A stretch of 64,000 nt of DNA from Malacoraja senta (Eukaryota), in the NCBI GenBank assembly GCA_038087875.1, contig CM075999.1, forward strand, positions 2,544,001-2,608,000. The letters are read 5' to 3'. The notes below the pieces were generated by a model. It saw only the letters and a program-made list of their open reading frames with translations. It was not told the DNA's origin and searched no databases. A program made the position numbers and the translations under genes. This document shows positions 49,129-61,328 of the stretch, piece after piece. Every line of letters begins with the position of its first letter. The first letter of the stretch is position 1.

Positions 49129-50257
49129 TACAACATGGGTCCTTCAGCTCACCGAGTCCTCACTGCACACAAGCGCTATCTTACACACTAGGGAGAATTT
49201 ACCATTTACAGCAGCCAATTAACCTATAAACTTGCACCTCTTTGGAGTGTGGGAGGAAACCAGAGCACCCGGAGAAAACCCACGCGATCACGGGGAGAAC
49301 GTACAAACTCTGCACAGACAGCACCCGTAGTCAGTATCGAACCCGGGTCTACCGCTGCGCCACCGTGCTGCCCTGTAGTCAACGTCACTCAATCTGACAA
49401 ACCTCCGCTTTTTATGCTTTCCAAAGCTGCTGACATCGTTAAAGTGCAGCACCTGGGATTGTTCCCAATATTTCCGCAAGGCCCCTCCAGCAATTTGTAA
49501 AGCACAACTTCCTTGCTCTTGCACGCAACGGTCCAATTTATGAAGTCAAGCTACCAGGGAACTACCTCAATGAGCTTATTCAGTCTCCAGCCACCTGCAA
49601 AGGTGCGTGTGGGTACCTGCAGAAGGACACCTCTACATCCATAGGCAGTTTCCAAATGAGCAGGTTTCAATGGCATTAGTCAAAATCAAAGACTCATAGT
49701 TGTACAGTACAGCACAGAAACAGGCCCTTCGTCTCATCTAGTCCATGCCAACCCCAAGATGCTCATCTAAGCTGGCTCCACGTTTGACTTTAGACTTTAG
49801 AAATACAGCACAGAAACAGGCCCTTCATGCCGACCAGTGATCGCACCGTACACTGAACTACACACACACTAGAGATAAATGTACGACATCTTACCAAAGA
49901 CAATTAACCTCACAGCACCAGGGACCCAGGTTTGAACCTGACTGTGGGTGCTGTCTGTACGGAGTTTGCACGTTCTCCCTGTGACCACGTGGGTTTCCTC
50001 CAGGTGCTCCAGTTTCCTCCCACATTCCAAAGACGTGCAGGTTTGTAGGTTAATTGGCTTCTGATCCGTTTTCTCAAGTGTGTGGGATAGAACGAGTGTG
50101 ATCAGGTGATCGCTGGTCGGCACGGACACAATGGGCCGAAGGGTCTGTTTCCACGCTGTATCTCCAAACTAAGGAATAATTAACCAAAGGACTTGGTGCA
50201 TCCGTGAGAAATAGAAAGTTGAATTCTTTACTCATTAGCTTTTTAAGGGATAAATTA

Positions 50258-50855
50258 GGGATGTAACGCTGAGGCCTCTATAAGGCCAGGCCGCAAATGG
50301 AGTATTGTGAGCAATTTTGGGCACCATATCTGAGGAAGGATGTGCTGGCCCTGGAGTTCAGAGGTGGTTTACGCGAATGATCCCAGGAATGAGTGGGTTA
50401 GCAGATGATGAGCATTTGACGGCACTGGGCCTGTATTCGGTGGAGCTTAGAAGAATGAGGGGGCACCCCATTGAAAGTTACCGAATAGTGAAAGGCTTGG
50501 ATAGAGTGGAGGTGGAGGTGGAGAGGATGTTTCCACTAGTGGGAGAGTCTAAGGCTAGAGGTCATAGTCTCAGAATTAAAGGACTTTCCTTTCGAAAGGA
50601 GATGAGAAGAAATTTCTTTAGTCAGAGGGTGGTGAATCTGCAGAATTCTTTGCCACAGACGGCTGTGGAGTCCAAGTCAATGGAAATATTTAGGGCAGAG
50701 ATGGATAGATTCTTGTTTAGTACGGGTTATGGGGAGAAGGCAGGAGAATGGGGTTAGGAGGAAGAGATAGATCAGCCATGATTGAATGGCGGAGTAGACT
50801 TGATGGACCGAATGGCCTCATTCTGCTCCTATTACTCATGACCTTATGACTTATG
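50258..50855 (+). mobile_element. CR1 LINE 3' end
   Basis: VQRWFTRMIPGMSGLADDEHLTALGLYSVELRRMRG..DRVEVERMFPLVGES. Confidence 0.9.
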
Positions 50856-51082
50856 ACATCAAACCCCGCATATTAAAACTGGGCGGCACGGTGGCTCAGC
50901 GGTAGAGCTGCTGCCTTACCGTGCCAGAGACCCGGGTTCTATCCTGACCACGGGTGGAGTTTGTATGTTCTCCCCGTGACCTGCGTGGGTTTTCTCCAGC
51001 AGTTCCAGTTTTTCCTCCCACACTCCAAAGACGTACAGATTTGTAGGTTAATTGGCTTCAGTAAAATAAATAGTAAATTGTC

Positions 51083-51367
51083 GGTGGACAAAATTGCTGG
51101 AGAAACTCAGCGGGTGCAGCAGCATCTATGGAGCGAAGGAAATAGGCAACATTTCGGGCCGAAACCCTTCAGGGTTTCGGCCCGAAAGGTTACCTATTTC
51201 CTTCCTGAAGGGTTTCGTCCTGAAACGTTGCCTATTTCCTTCCTGAAGGATTTCGTCCTGAAACGTTGCCGATTTCCTTCGCTCCATAGATGCTGCCGCA
51301 CTCGCTGAGTTTCTCCAGCAATTTTGCCTACCTTCGATTTTCCAGCATCTGCTGTTCCTTCTTGAAC
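51083..51367. mobile_element. Palindromic Penelope-derived mini-element in a V-SINE (50881-51482), 15-bp TSD
   Basis: AAATAGTAAATTGTC at 51068-51082 and 51368-51382; three tandem ca. 36-bp GGGTTTCG..GAAACGTTGCCTATTTCCTTC units at the centre. Confidence 0.9.
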
Positions 51368-52002
51368 AAATAGTAAATTGTCCCCTAGTGTGTGTCGTCG
51401 GATAGTGCTGGTGTACGGGGTGATCGCTGGTCGGCGCGGACTCGGTGGGCCGAAGGGCCTGTTTCCGTGCTGTATCTCTAACCTCTGGAGAGGTACTGCA
51501 CATTCATTCCGCTTGTCCACACCCACCACTAGACGACACCAGGTGAATCTCGGTTTATTTATTCCCCTTCACTTGTCAGCAAGAGAAAAATCATTATCTT
51601 TTTGCCTTCAGGGCTGATGGTGGGAGCCAATGCATTAAAAAAGCTGAAGCTGATATTTGGAGCCTTGATTAGTATTTGAGGCAGCAAGGAAACTGCACGG
51701 GGTGACAACAAATATGCTGGATAATTTGTTGCGTGTTCCTGGGTATTGACGGCAGTAAATTCTATTTATTGACTTGCTGTTTCCTGGGCCTAAACGGTAG
51801 GCCTGATTGGCTGAGCAATCACTCGCTAGAAAGCGGTATTGTTGTCTAAATGAGTTGCCAACTCAAGGATTAGCAACAGCCTCTCAGTTACATCTATAAC
51901 AATGATGGCAATCACTTTTTTCACTGCTGCTCACAGACGCACACGGTGCTTTACAGATCCATCTGCAGGACCCTGCGAGGGTGTTAAAGCAGCCAAAGGC
52001 CT

Positions 52003-52472
52003 CAGCGGTAGAGTTGCTGCCTCACAGCGCCAGAGACCTGGGTTCGATCCTGACTACGGGTGCTGCCTGTACGGAGTTTGTACGTTCTCCCCGTGGCCTG
52101 CGTGGGTTTTCTCCGAGATCTTCGGTTTCCTCCCACACTCCACACATGCTTTCGAGAGAGAGCTAGATAGGGCTCTCAGAAATAGCGGAGTCAGGGGATA
52201 TGGGGAGAAGGCAGGAACGGGGTACTGATTGGGGATGATCAGCCATGATCACATTGAATGGCGGTGCTGGCTCGAAGGGCCGAATGGCCTACTCCTGCAC
52301 CTATTGTCTATTGTCTATTGTCCAAAGAAGTGCAGGTTTGTAGGTTAATTGGCTTGGTAAAAATTGTCCCTAGTGGGTGTAGGATAGTGTTAGTGTGCGG
52401 GGATCGCTGGTTGGCCCGGACTCGGTGGGCCGAAGGGCCTTTTTCCGCGCTGTATCCCTAAACTAAACTAAA
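52003..52472 (+). mobile_element. V-SINE with nested CR1 tail (ca. 52146-52320)
   Basis: SINE split at CACACTCCA|..|TCCAAAGA. Confidence 0.87.
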
Positions 52473-53387
52473 TCCGGTGAGGTAAGGACTATTGATCAAT
52501 TTCTGCTGATACCAATGGACCAAATTTCAAGAGAAATGATCAATTCACCTTCAGATGAGCACACAACGTATTTCTGGGTAAGTGTTCTCATAGAGTCCAG
52601 TCAATGGATATTCTTAATGAGTACGGGTGTCAGGGAGTTATGGGGCGAAGGCAGGAGAATGGGGTTAGGAGGGAGAGATAGATCAGCCACGATTGAATGG
52701 CGGAGTAGACTTGACGGGCCGAACGGCCCCAGATTCTGCTTCTATCACTTATGAACTCATGAAGGAAATCTATAAGTAACCGTTTCAAGGCAAATGCCAA
52801 ATGATCTACAGATGTTCAGCAATTTGCTTCTATTTTCCACAGAGAAGTTGAAGAGTCACCAGGCACACACGAGGCGAGCCAAAAATAATTTGACACCTAG
52901 GCTGAATTTTCCTTTGCTTGCATCTATTGAACGAAAACTACCAAGTGGGAACAGTCGTGCGTCAGCCCAGATAAACAGTTTAGTGTGCAGTTGCATCTCT
53001 TTGATTTGATTTGATTTAATTTATTGTCATTGTCTTCAATGAAGAGAGAACAAAATTATTTTTCCCTTACAGTCAAAGAAAAATAAAATGCCCTCTCAAT
53101 GTAAATCCTACTAGATGGTTTCATGTTCGAAATATGAATAAACATTAACTTGTGTAAATGTTAATAAGTGAAATATTTAGTTCTACCTAGGTTGGAAGGA
53201 GTGAAACTATTTCCTCTGCTTGGGGAATATTCAGATTGGAAACAGCGTCCAGAAATTACAACCAGGCTTCTTACAGACGTGATATTTTTTGATTGAAATT
53301 TGAAATTGTTGCCAAGTCAATTGTTATTGTTAAATTAGAGATTTGAATATTTTTTGTTAAGGTGTAGGGAACAAAGAGAGGTATTGT

Positions 53388-53680
53388 TTAGAGTTTACAG
53401 ATACAGTGCGGAAACAGGCCCTTCGGCCCACCGAGACCGCGCCGACCAGCGATCCCCGCGCACTAACACTATCCTACACACACTTGGGACGATTTACAAA
53501 TTTTACCAAAGCCAATTAACCTGCAAACCCGCATATCTTGGGAGTGTGGGAGGAAACCGGAGCACCCGGAGAAAACCCACGCAGGTCACGGGGAGAACGT
53601 ACAAACTCCGTACAGGCAGCACCCGTAGTCAGGATGGAACCTGGGTCTCTGGCGCTGTGAGGCAGCATCTCTACCGCTGC
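53388..53680 (-). mobile_element. V-SINE
   Basis: Reverse-complement copy. Confidence 0.88.
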
Positions 53681-54957
53681 AAGGATATGGTATATGGAGG
53701 TATTTTTTGGTTTTTATACATTGAACTTCTTTCTGTTACTTATAATAGTGTTTACACCTCAGTTATCTGCTGCTAATATTTTGTAACATTACAACCATTT
53801 AGAACGGAGATGAGGAAAAACTTTTTCACCCAGAGAGTCGTGAATCTGTGGAATTCTCTGCATCAGAGGGCAGTGGAGGCTGATTCTCTGGATACTTTCA
53901 AGAGAGAGTTAGATAGAGCTCTTAAAGATAGCGGAGTCAAGGGATATGGGGAGAAGGCAGGAAAGGGGTACTGATTGTGCATGATCAGCCATGATCACAG
54001 TGAATGGCGGTGCTGGCTCAAAGGGCCGAATGGCCTACTCCTGCACCTATTGTCTATTGTCTATCGTCCATCAACCTAAAAAAAGGAAAATAATCATTTA
54101 GTTTAGTTTAGAGAAACAGGGCGGAAACAAGCCCTTCGGCCCACCGAGCACGCCGACCGACCATCCCCGCACACCAACAATTATACAATTTACATTTATA
54201 CCAAGCCAATTAACCTACATACCTGTACGTTTTTGTAGTGCGAGTGGAAACCAGAGCACCCGGAGAAAACCCACGCGGTCACGGGGAGAACGTACAAACT
54301 CCCTACAGACATGACCCGTAGTCGGGATTGAACCCGGGTCTCCGGCGTAGCAAGGCAGCATCTGTACTGCCAAGCCACTGTGCCGCGCCTAATATCATAT
54401 TGCTAATATTGCTTACATCACCATGTTTTGTGTGCCCTCTGCCCTTTACGAGTGAGCTGACATTGCCGGCTATGCGGCAACTCTTAATTTGAGTTGCGGC
54501 CGCTGTAAGACCCCCATTAATATAGTTATGCAAATTTGCAAAAGATCTCTATTTTTCATGTTAATGTGCGGGAGAATTACAGCAGAGATCACTGCTGCAT
54601 TTGCAGCATCTAGCAAAATATAAAGTGTTTTACAAACTGCAAGGCAAGGATATAACAGTTTTCCAATTAACCTACTGATGGTGTGTGTTAAAATGTTCAC
54701 TGCTGATTAATGGCAGCTCGCGTAAGACCAGAGCAGATCTTTGATTCAGCTGATTGTAGAACAACGGCTCGTATGTCCTCGTGCCGGGAGCTGATGGTTA
54801 ATCAAACCCAGGCATGTTTGGTTCAATGTCCAAGTTGACGTGAAAAGTTTCACCTGATAAAATCACAGATAGGTCGGGAAAAAAATGTCACTCACGTCCT
54901 CTTTAAAATAAAACCAGTCCACTTAAGAGCAAAGGTAGACAGAAATGCTGGAGAAAC

Positions 54958-55407
54958 CCGCCGATGAGAACATCGTGGAGCCGCGGTTCTGTGGAGCGGC
55001 CAGCTGCGACGCTGAACGTTACATCCCGGAGCCTGGGATCTCTCGCTGAGATCGCCAGTGTGTGGGGCTCCATCCGGCGCGGTCTGTTGGCTTGGAAGCC
55101 GCGGTCTCTGGTGGGAAGGCGGCCGTTCCTGGCACTCCAAGCCGCTGGGGGTTCTCCCGACGCCGGAGTACCATCACCCAGCGAGAACATCGGGCGCCGT
55201 GGCGGCGACTGTGGAGGCCTCAATAGGCCCGAATCTGGGTGGACAAGAGGATGGGGACTGGACTTTGGGGGGATGTTTTTGTGTTTTGGTGTTGAACTTC
55301 TTTTTGAATGCTATGTTGTATTTTTATTGGTGTGCTGCAAGGACATCTGAATTTCCCCTGAATAAGGGGATTAATAAAGTCTAATTCAATTCAATTCAAT
55401 TCAATTC
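54958..55407 (+). mobile_element. GC/CpG-rich non-autonomous retroelement with (CAATT)n tail, inserted into a Penelope tail
   Basis: Host GCTGGAGAAAC|...|AAACTCAGCGGG; tail GGACATCTGAATTTCCCCTGAATAAGGGGATTAATAAAGTC(TAATTC)(AATTC)n. Confidence 0.75.
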
Positions 55408-56480
55408 AAACTCAGCGGGTGAGGCAGCATCTATGGAGCGAAGGAATAGGTGACGTTTCGGGTCTTAAAAGCATGTCTCTTTTTACGAATGTCGTAAATA
55501 TCATAAGCCATTGGAGTAGAATTAGAACATTTGGACCATTGACTCTCTAAACTAAACTAAACTAAACTAAATTAAACGCTGCAAATTCTAAGTTCATTGG
55601 TCATAGGAGCAGATTTAGGCCATTCGGCCCATCAAGTCTACTCCGCCATTCAATCATGGCTGATCTATCTTTCCCTCTCAACCCCATTCTCCTGCCTTCT
55701 CCCCATAACCCCTGACACCCGCACTAATCAAGAATTTGTCAATCTCCGCCTTACAATTGTCCATTGACTTGGCCTCCACAGCCGTCTGTGGCAATGAATT
55801 CCACAGATTCACCTCCTCCTCATCTCCTTTCAGGGACAGTCTGAATATCTGTGATCGGGCAACTGAACCATCCTATCACCAACTAGAGAGCGGTCCTGAG
55901 CTACTATCTACCTCACTGGAGATCCTCAGACTATCTTTAATCGGACTCTACTGGACTTTATCGTGCATTAGACGTTATTCCTGTTATCCATTTCGCACCC
56001 ACGCCTGGCGCCTCTCTGTAAGCGGGTGGATCTGAAATAGATCTGCAACCTTCGCTCCATTTCCTTTGCTCCATAGATGCTGCTGCACCCGCTGAGTTTC
56101 TCCAGTATTTTGTTTAGATCTGCAACCATTCATCACAATCGCTCCACTCTTTCAAACCTCTACTCCAACACATTATCTGTGCACTGTGCACGGCTCGATT
56201 GTAATCATGTATTGTCGTTCCGCTGATTGAATAGCAGGCAACAGAAAGCTTTTCAATGTACCTCGGTACACGTGACAATAAACCAAACTCAAACTAGACT
56301 ACAGCAAGGCATTCATTGCTCATTGAGAAGATATCTGCAGAAGAGGGAACCAATGCATAAAAAGTCAGCCCATTTATAGTTGGGTTTAGTTTATTGTCAC
56401 CTGTACCGAGGTACAGTGAAAAGCCTTTGTTGCGTGCTAACCAGTCAGCGGAAAGACAACATACGATTAGTATGGTCAGT

Positions 56481-56508
56481 CTGAAGAAGGGTTTCGGCCC
56501 GAAACGTT
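56481..56508 (+). ncRNA. Minimal hammerhead ribozyme motif in a Penelope tail (UUCG-loop variant)
   Basis: CUGAAGA A GGGU-UUCG-GCCC GAAAC GUU. Confidence 0.62.
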
Positions 56509-57167
56509 GCCCATTTCCTTCGCTCCATAGATGCTGCCTCACCCGCTGAGTTTCTCCAGCATTTTTGTCTACCATGACAATGTCTACAATCGAGCCATCC
56601 ACAGTATACAGATACATGATAAGGGAATAACGTTTAGTGCAAGGTAAAGCCAGCAAAGTCTGATTAAAGATATCGATGAGGTAGATTGTAGTTCAGCACT
56701 GCTCTCTGGGTTAAGATTATATTGATTGATTTTGGTTATATATTGAACAAGATTCTATGTTATGTGATTTAATTTCGTCACTGCCATGGTCACTGGTCCC
56801 GATTGATGTTAAAAAGATTCCAGGTAAACTGAGAACTCTGGGAAGATTCGGAAATGTGGTAAATAGATGCTTTCAGTAATTTACAGTCCTGACAATATCA
56901 ATCATTTAAATTGAATAGGAACATCGCTGCGAGAAGCATTATTCCTTCAATAACACATAATTTATTAAGTCGGATAGCTCACTGCTCCTTTCACTAGTGT
57001 TCTGGATGGCTCCAGGCATCTATCTGATCTTTGCTATTTACACTCGCTGGCAACAACCCATTCTGCCATAGAGGTTAGAAATATTTCTTTGTCTCTTTTG
57101 CTATCTGTGTAACAGTCTCCGATGGTGGAATCATCTGGGATTTTACTCCAAGCCTGAGGATTCTATT

Positions 57168-57478
57168 CTCTTGCCCAGAGTAGGTGAATCGAGGACCAGA
57201 GGACACAGGTTTAAGGTGAAGGGGAAAAGATTTAATAGGAATCTGAGGGGTAACCTTTTCACACAAAGGGTGGTGGGTGTGTTGAACGAGCTGCCAGAGG
57301 AGGTAGTTGAGGCTGGGACTATCCCAACATTTAAGAAACATTTAGACAGGTACATGGATAGGACAAGTTTGGAGTGATATGTGCTAAGCGCAGGCAGGTA
57401 GGACTAGTGTAGCTGGGACATGTTGGCCGGTGTGGGCTGAAGGGCCTGTTTCCACGCTGTGCCACTCTGTGATTCTAT
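57168..57478 (+). mobile_element. CR1 (HER1-like) 3' end
   Basis: PRVGESRTRGHRFKVKGKRFNRNLRGNLFTQRVVGVLNELPEEVVEAGTIPTFKKHLDRYM. Confidence 0.9.
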
Positions 57479-57500
57479 GTCAGTGATAGAAGCTGAAAAA

Positions 57501-57567
57501 GGCCCCATAGCAGAAGCGTCCACCTCGCGGGGCTGGAAACTGGACGTATCCTGAGCTAATCCTGCTA
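57501..57567 (+). ncRNA. HDV/CPEB3-like self-cleaving ribozyme (nested double pseudoknot)
   Basis: P1 GGCCCC/GGGGCT (G.U first pair), P2 TAGCAGAA/TCCTGCTA, P3 GCG/CGC, L3 TCCACCT, P1.1 CC/GG, P4 CTGGA-CGTA-TCCTG, J4/2 GCTAA with catalytic-position C at 57556. Confidence 0.82.
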
Positions 57568-57789
57568 CCACCATCATCTACTGCGACAAGTGATGGCTCC
57601 CACTGATTGTCGCCGGAAACTTTCCCTCTCAACCCCGTTCACCTGCCTTCTCCCCGTTACCTTTGAGACCCGTAAAAATCAAGAACCCTTCAGTCTCCAC
57701 TTGGCCTCCACAGCCAGCCATCTGTGGCAATGAATTCCACACAGATTCACCACCCTCCGGCTAAAGAAATTCCTCCTCATCTCCTGCCA

Positions 57790-58092
57790 GGGATGGGTGA
57801 GAGGGGGGAAGGTATATGTCCATCTTCTCTCTTCTTATTTATTTTCTTTTCTCTTGCACTTCTTTGGTAGCTTAGGGGTCTTTTTCTTGCTTTCTCTTAT
57901 TTCTCTTTCTTTATTCTCTTCTTTTTTCTCTCTTTTTTTCCTTTTTTTCTTTTATTTTTTATTGATTTAGGTTTTAAAGTTAAAAATGAAGCTGTACAAT
58001 AATTGGATAACTGTTATGTCGATCGCTTCTAATTGCTTACAATTGCTTCTAATAAAATAAATTCAAAAGAAAAATAAATAAATAAATAAATA
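57790..58092 (+). mobile_element. Possible L1/Tx1-type 3' UTR with poly(A)-like tail
   Basis: G-rich then T-rich tract, AATAAA, then A-rich (AAAT)n; no coding part retained. Confidence 0.45.
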
Positions 58093-58506
58093 GACATACT
58101 TAACAACTAAGCTAGCCCTGTCCTTTACCTCTATACCTTGATGTCAATAATGAAACTACAATGCAATTCTCCTTGGTGAATGTCAGTAATCACTTTAATC
58201 CTGGCTCATTCATCTCTCAAACATTTATTCCGATTTTATTGTAATAATCTCATTACTGACGGACCTAGTTCTAAATCAGCTTTGGCATCCAGACAGAACT
58301 GCTTGGCGATTATTAGATTTGAGAAGCGACCAGAAATAGACAAATGGATTCCTGACGACGAGACCCTGGAGAGTTAACCCTTCCGGGAATGGACGGCGAT
58401 GGTATAACTCAGAGACAAACGTTATCTGTGAAGTCCACCCTACTGCCGATATAGGAAGGTTAGGCACAGTGACGCAGCGGTAGAGTTGCTGCATTACATG
58501 AGACGG

Positions 58507-59129
58507 ATACATAGATACATAGAAACATAGAAAACAGGTGCAGGAGTAGGCCATTCGGCCCTTCGAGCCTGCACCGCCATTCAATATGATCATGGCTGAT
58601 CATCCAACTCAGTATCCCGTACCTGCCTTCTCTCCATACCCCCCTGATCCCCTTAGCCACAAGGGCCACATCTAACTCCCTCTTAAATATAGCCAATGAA
58701 CTGGCCTCAACTACCCTCTGTGGCAGAGAGTTCCAGAGATTCACCACTCTCTGTGTGAAAACGTTTTTCCTCATCTCGGTCTTAAAGGATTTCCCCCTTA
58801 TCCTTAAGCTGTGACCCCTTGTCCTGGACTTCACCAACATCGGGAACAATCTTCCTGCATCTAGCCTGTCCAACCCCATAAGAATTTTGTACGTTTCTAT
58901 AAGATCCCCTCTCAACCTCCTAAATTCTAGCGAGTATAAACCAAGTCTATCCAGTCTTTCTTCATATGAAAGTCCTGACATCCCAGGAATCAGTCTGGTG
59001 AACCTTCTCTGCACTCCCTCTATGGCTATAATGTCCTTCCTCAGATTTGGAGACCAAAACTGTACGCAATACTCCAGGTGTGGTCTCACCAAGACCCTGT
59101 ACAACTGCAGTAGAACCTCTCTGCTCCTA
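58507..59129 (-). mobile_element. CR1 LINE 3' end, (TTTCTATG)n tail
   Basis: YRVLVRPHLEYCVQFWSPNLRKDIIAIEGVQRRFTRLIPGMSGLSYEERLDRLGLYSLEFRRLRGDLIETYKIL. Confidence 0.93.
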
Positions 59130-59220
59130 GTTCAGGCTGATGCACAGATTTTCATGCCCAGAGTAGGTGAATCGAGGACCAGCGGACAAAGGTACACGGA
59201 TAGGACAGGTTTGGAGGGAT

Positions 59221-59524
59221 GAATGAATGAATACGTTTACTGGCCAAGTATGTTCACATACAAGGAATTTGCCTCGGTGCTCCGCTCGCAAGTAACAACA
59301 CAACATACAGTAAACCATTATGAATAAAACATAAAACATTAAAACATTAAGAATAAAACATGTGAAGAATGAAATAAAATACCAGAGCAAAAGAAGGCTA
59401 CAGACTTTTGGTTATTGAGTAGAGCTACTACTCGTGGAAAAAAGCTGTTTTTATATCTGGCTGTGGCGGCTTTGACAGTCCGGAGTCGCCTTCCAGAGGG
59501 AAGTGATTCAAAGAGTTTGTGGCC
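59221..59524 (-). mobile_element. Rex1/Babar-clade 3' end (third subfamily, (TTCA)n tail)
   Basis: Reverse strand reads GHKLFESLPSGRRLRTVKAATARYKNSFFPRVVAL; same tail at ca. 4565-4680 and 27620-27757. Confidence 0.8.
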
Positions 59525-60220
59525 AAACGCAGGCAGGTGGGACTAATGTAGCTGGGACAGGTTGTCCGTTGTGGACAAGTTGAGCCAAAGGGCCTGTTTC
59601 CACGCTGTATCAATCTATGACTCTCTTGCAGCCCCAGAGACCCGGGTTCAATCCTGACCACGGCTGGCTGTCTCTATGTAGTTTGCATGCGTGGGTTTTC
59701 TCCGGGTGCTCCGGTTTCCCCCCACATCTCAAAGATGTGCAGGTTTATAGGTTATTTGGCTTCTGTAAATCGCCCCTAGTTTGTAGGATACAATAGTGGG
59801 ATAATATATAACGAGGGTATGGGGTGATCAGTGGTTGGTGTGGACTCAGTGGGACAAAGGGCCTGTTTCCACGCTGCATCTCTAAACTAATCCAAACATC
59901 ATGTTGCAGCTTTATAGGACTTTGGTTAGACTGCATTTATGGGAATTGTCATAGTCATACAATTATAGAAGTCTTACAACGTGGAAACAGGCCTTTCAGC
60001 CCAATTTGCCCACATCGACCAACATGTCCCATCTACACTAGTTTCACCTGCCTGCCTGCGTTTAGCCCATATCCCTCTAAACCTACCTGTCTAAGTGTTT
60101 CTTAAACATTGTGATAGTACCTGCCTCAAATGCCTCCTCCGGCAGCTCGTTCCACACACCCACCTCCCTTTGAGTGAAAATATTGTGTTAAACTAAACTC
60201 AACACACGAGAGGGGGAGTC

Positions 60221-60720
60221 ACTTGCACCTCCTCCAACCTCATCTACTGCATCCGCTGTTCCAGATGTGTCAACTTCTCTACATCGGCGAGACCAAGTGC
60301 AGGCTCGGCGATCGTTTAGCTGAACACCTCCGCTCAGTCCGCATTAACCTACCTGATCTCCCGGTGGCCCAGCGCTGCAACTCCCCCTCCCATTCCCAAT
60401 CTGACCTCTCTGTCCTGGGCATCCACCATTGTCAGAGTGAGGCCCAGCGCAAATTGGATGAGCAGCACCTCATATTTCGCTTGGGTACTTTACACCCCAG
60501 CGGTATGAACATTGACCTCTAATTTCAGGTAGTCCTTACTTTCTCCTCCCCTTCTCACTTCTCCATCAGCCTCCACCTCTTCCTTTCTTCCTCCTGCTCC
60601 CCCCCCCCCCACCCTCACATCAGTCTGAAGAAGGGTCTTGACCCGAAACATCGCCCATTCATTCTTTCCTGAGATGCTGCCTCACCCACTGAGTTACTCC
60701 AGCATTTTGTGTCTATCTAA
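60221..60720 (+). mobile_element. Penelope-like 3' fragment with GIY-YIG domain (frameshifted) and hammerhead-like motif
   Basis: CTSSNLIYCIRCSR/CQLLYIGETKCRLGDRLAEHLRSV...GTLHPSGMNID. Confidence 0.9.
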
Positions 60721-61328
60721 ACACATGCGATATGTATCGCACAACTGATCTACGTTTGGTCACTTTTGGCACCGAGGGAACGTTGTAATATCCAGCCCAG
60801 ACTTTATCTGCAGATCGAACACTTTTCTGTGTGTTTTTCTTGTAGGTCTCCAATCATTAATTCCGCGCAGACTCGTAAATAAAGTGGACTGAGCAATTGC
60901 TGCGTTTCTCCACTAAACAGCACAGAAACACAATTTGTTAACTGCAACCCAAACATTTAATCCATCTCTGCCAATGCTCGCAGGGAACATATGACCAAAG
61001 GCACACGACAAACGAAACTGAAACTCAATGAGCTAGAGATGAATCAGACAGTGCCCGAGCTTATGGAGGATATGTGCAGGAAGGAACTGCAGATGCTGGT
61101 TTTAACCGAAGATAGACACAAAAAGCTGGAGTAACTCAGCGGGACGGGCAGCATCTTTGGAGAGAAGGAATGCGTGACCTTTCGGCACGAGACCCTTTTC
61201 AGTCTCGACCCGCAACGTCACCCATTCCTTCTCTCCACAGATGCTGCCTGTCCCGCTGAGTTACTCCAGCTTTTTGTGTCTATCTTATGCAGGATAATCC
61301 TGATAACAGAGGGGAAGGAGCTATTCGG

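Noticed and set aside
52500..52583. Exon ending at a consensus donor GG|GTAAGT
   Set aside because: Isolated motif, no recognisable peptide or clear acceptor; expected by chance in 64 kb.
60822..60892. Exon after a strong polypyrimidine-AG acceptor (TTTTTCTTGTAG)
   Set aside because: All frames close quickly and no convincing donor or recognisable peptide follows.
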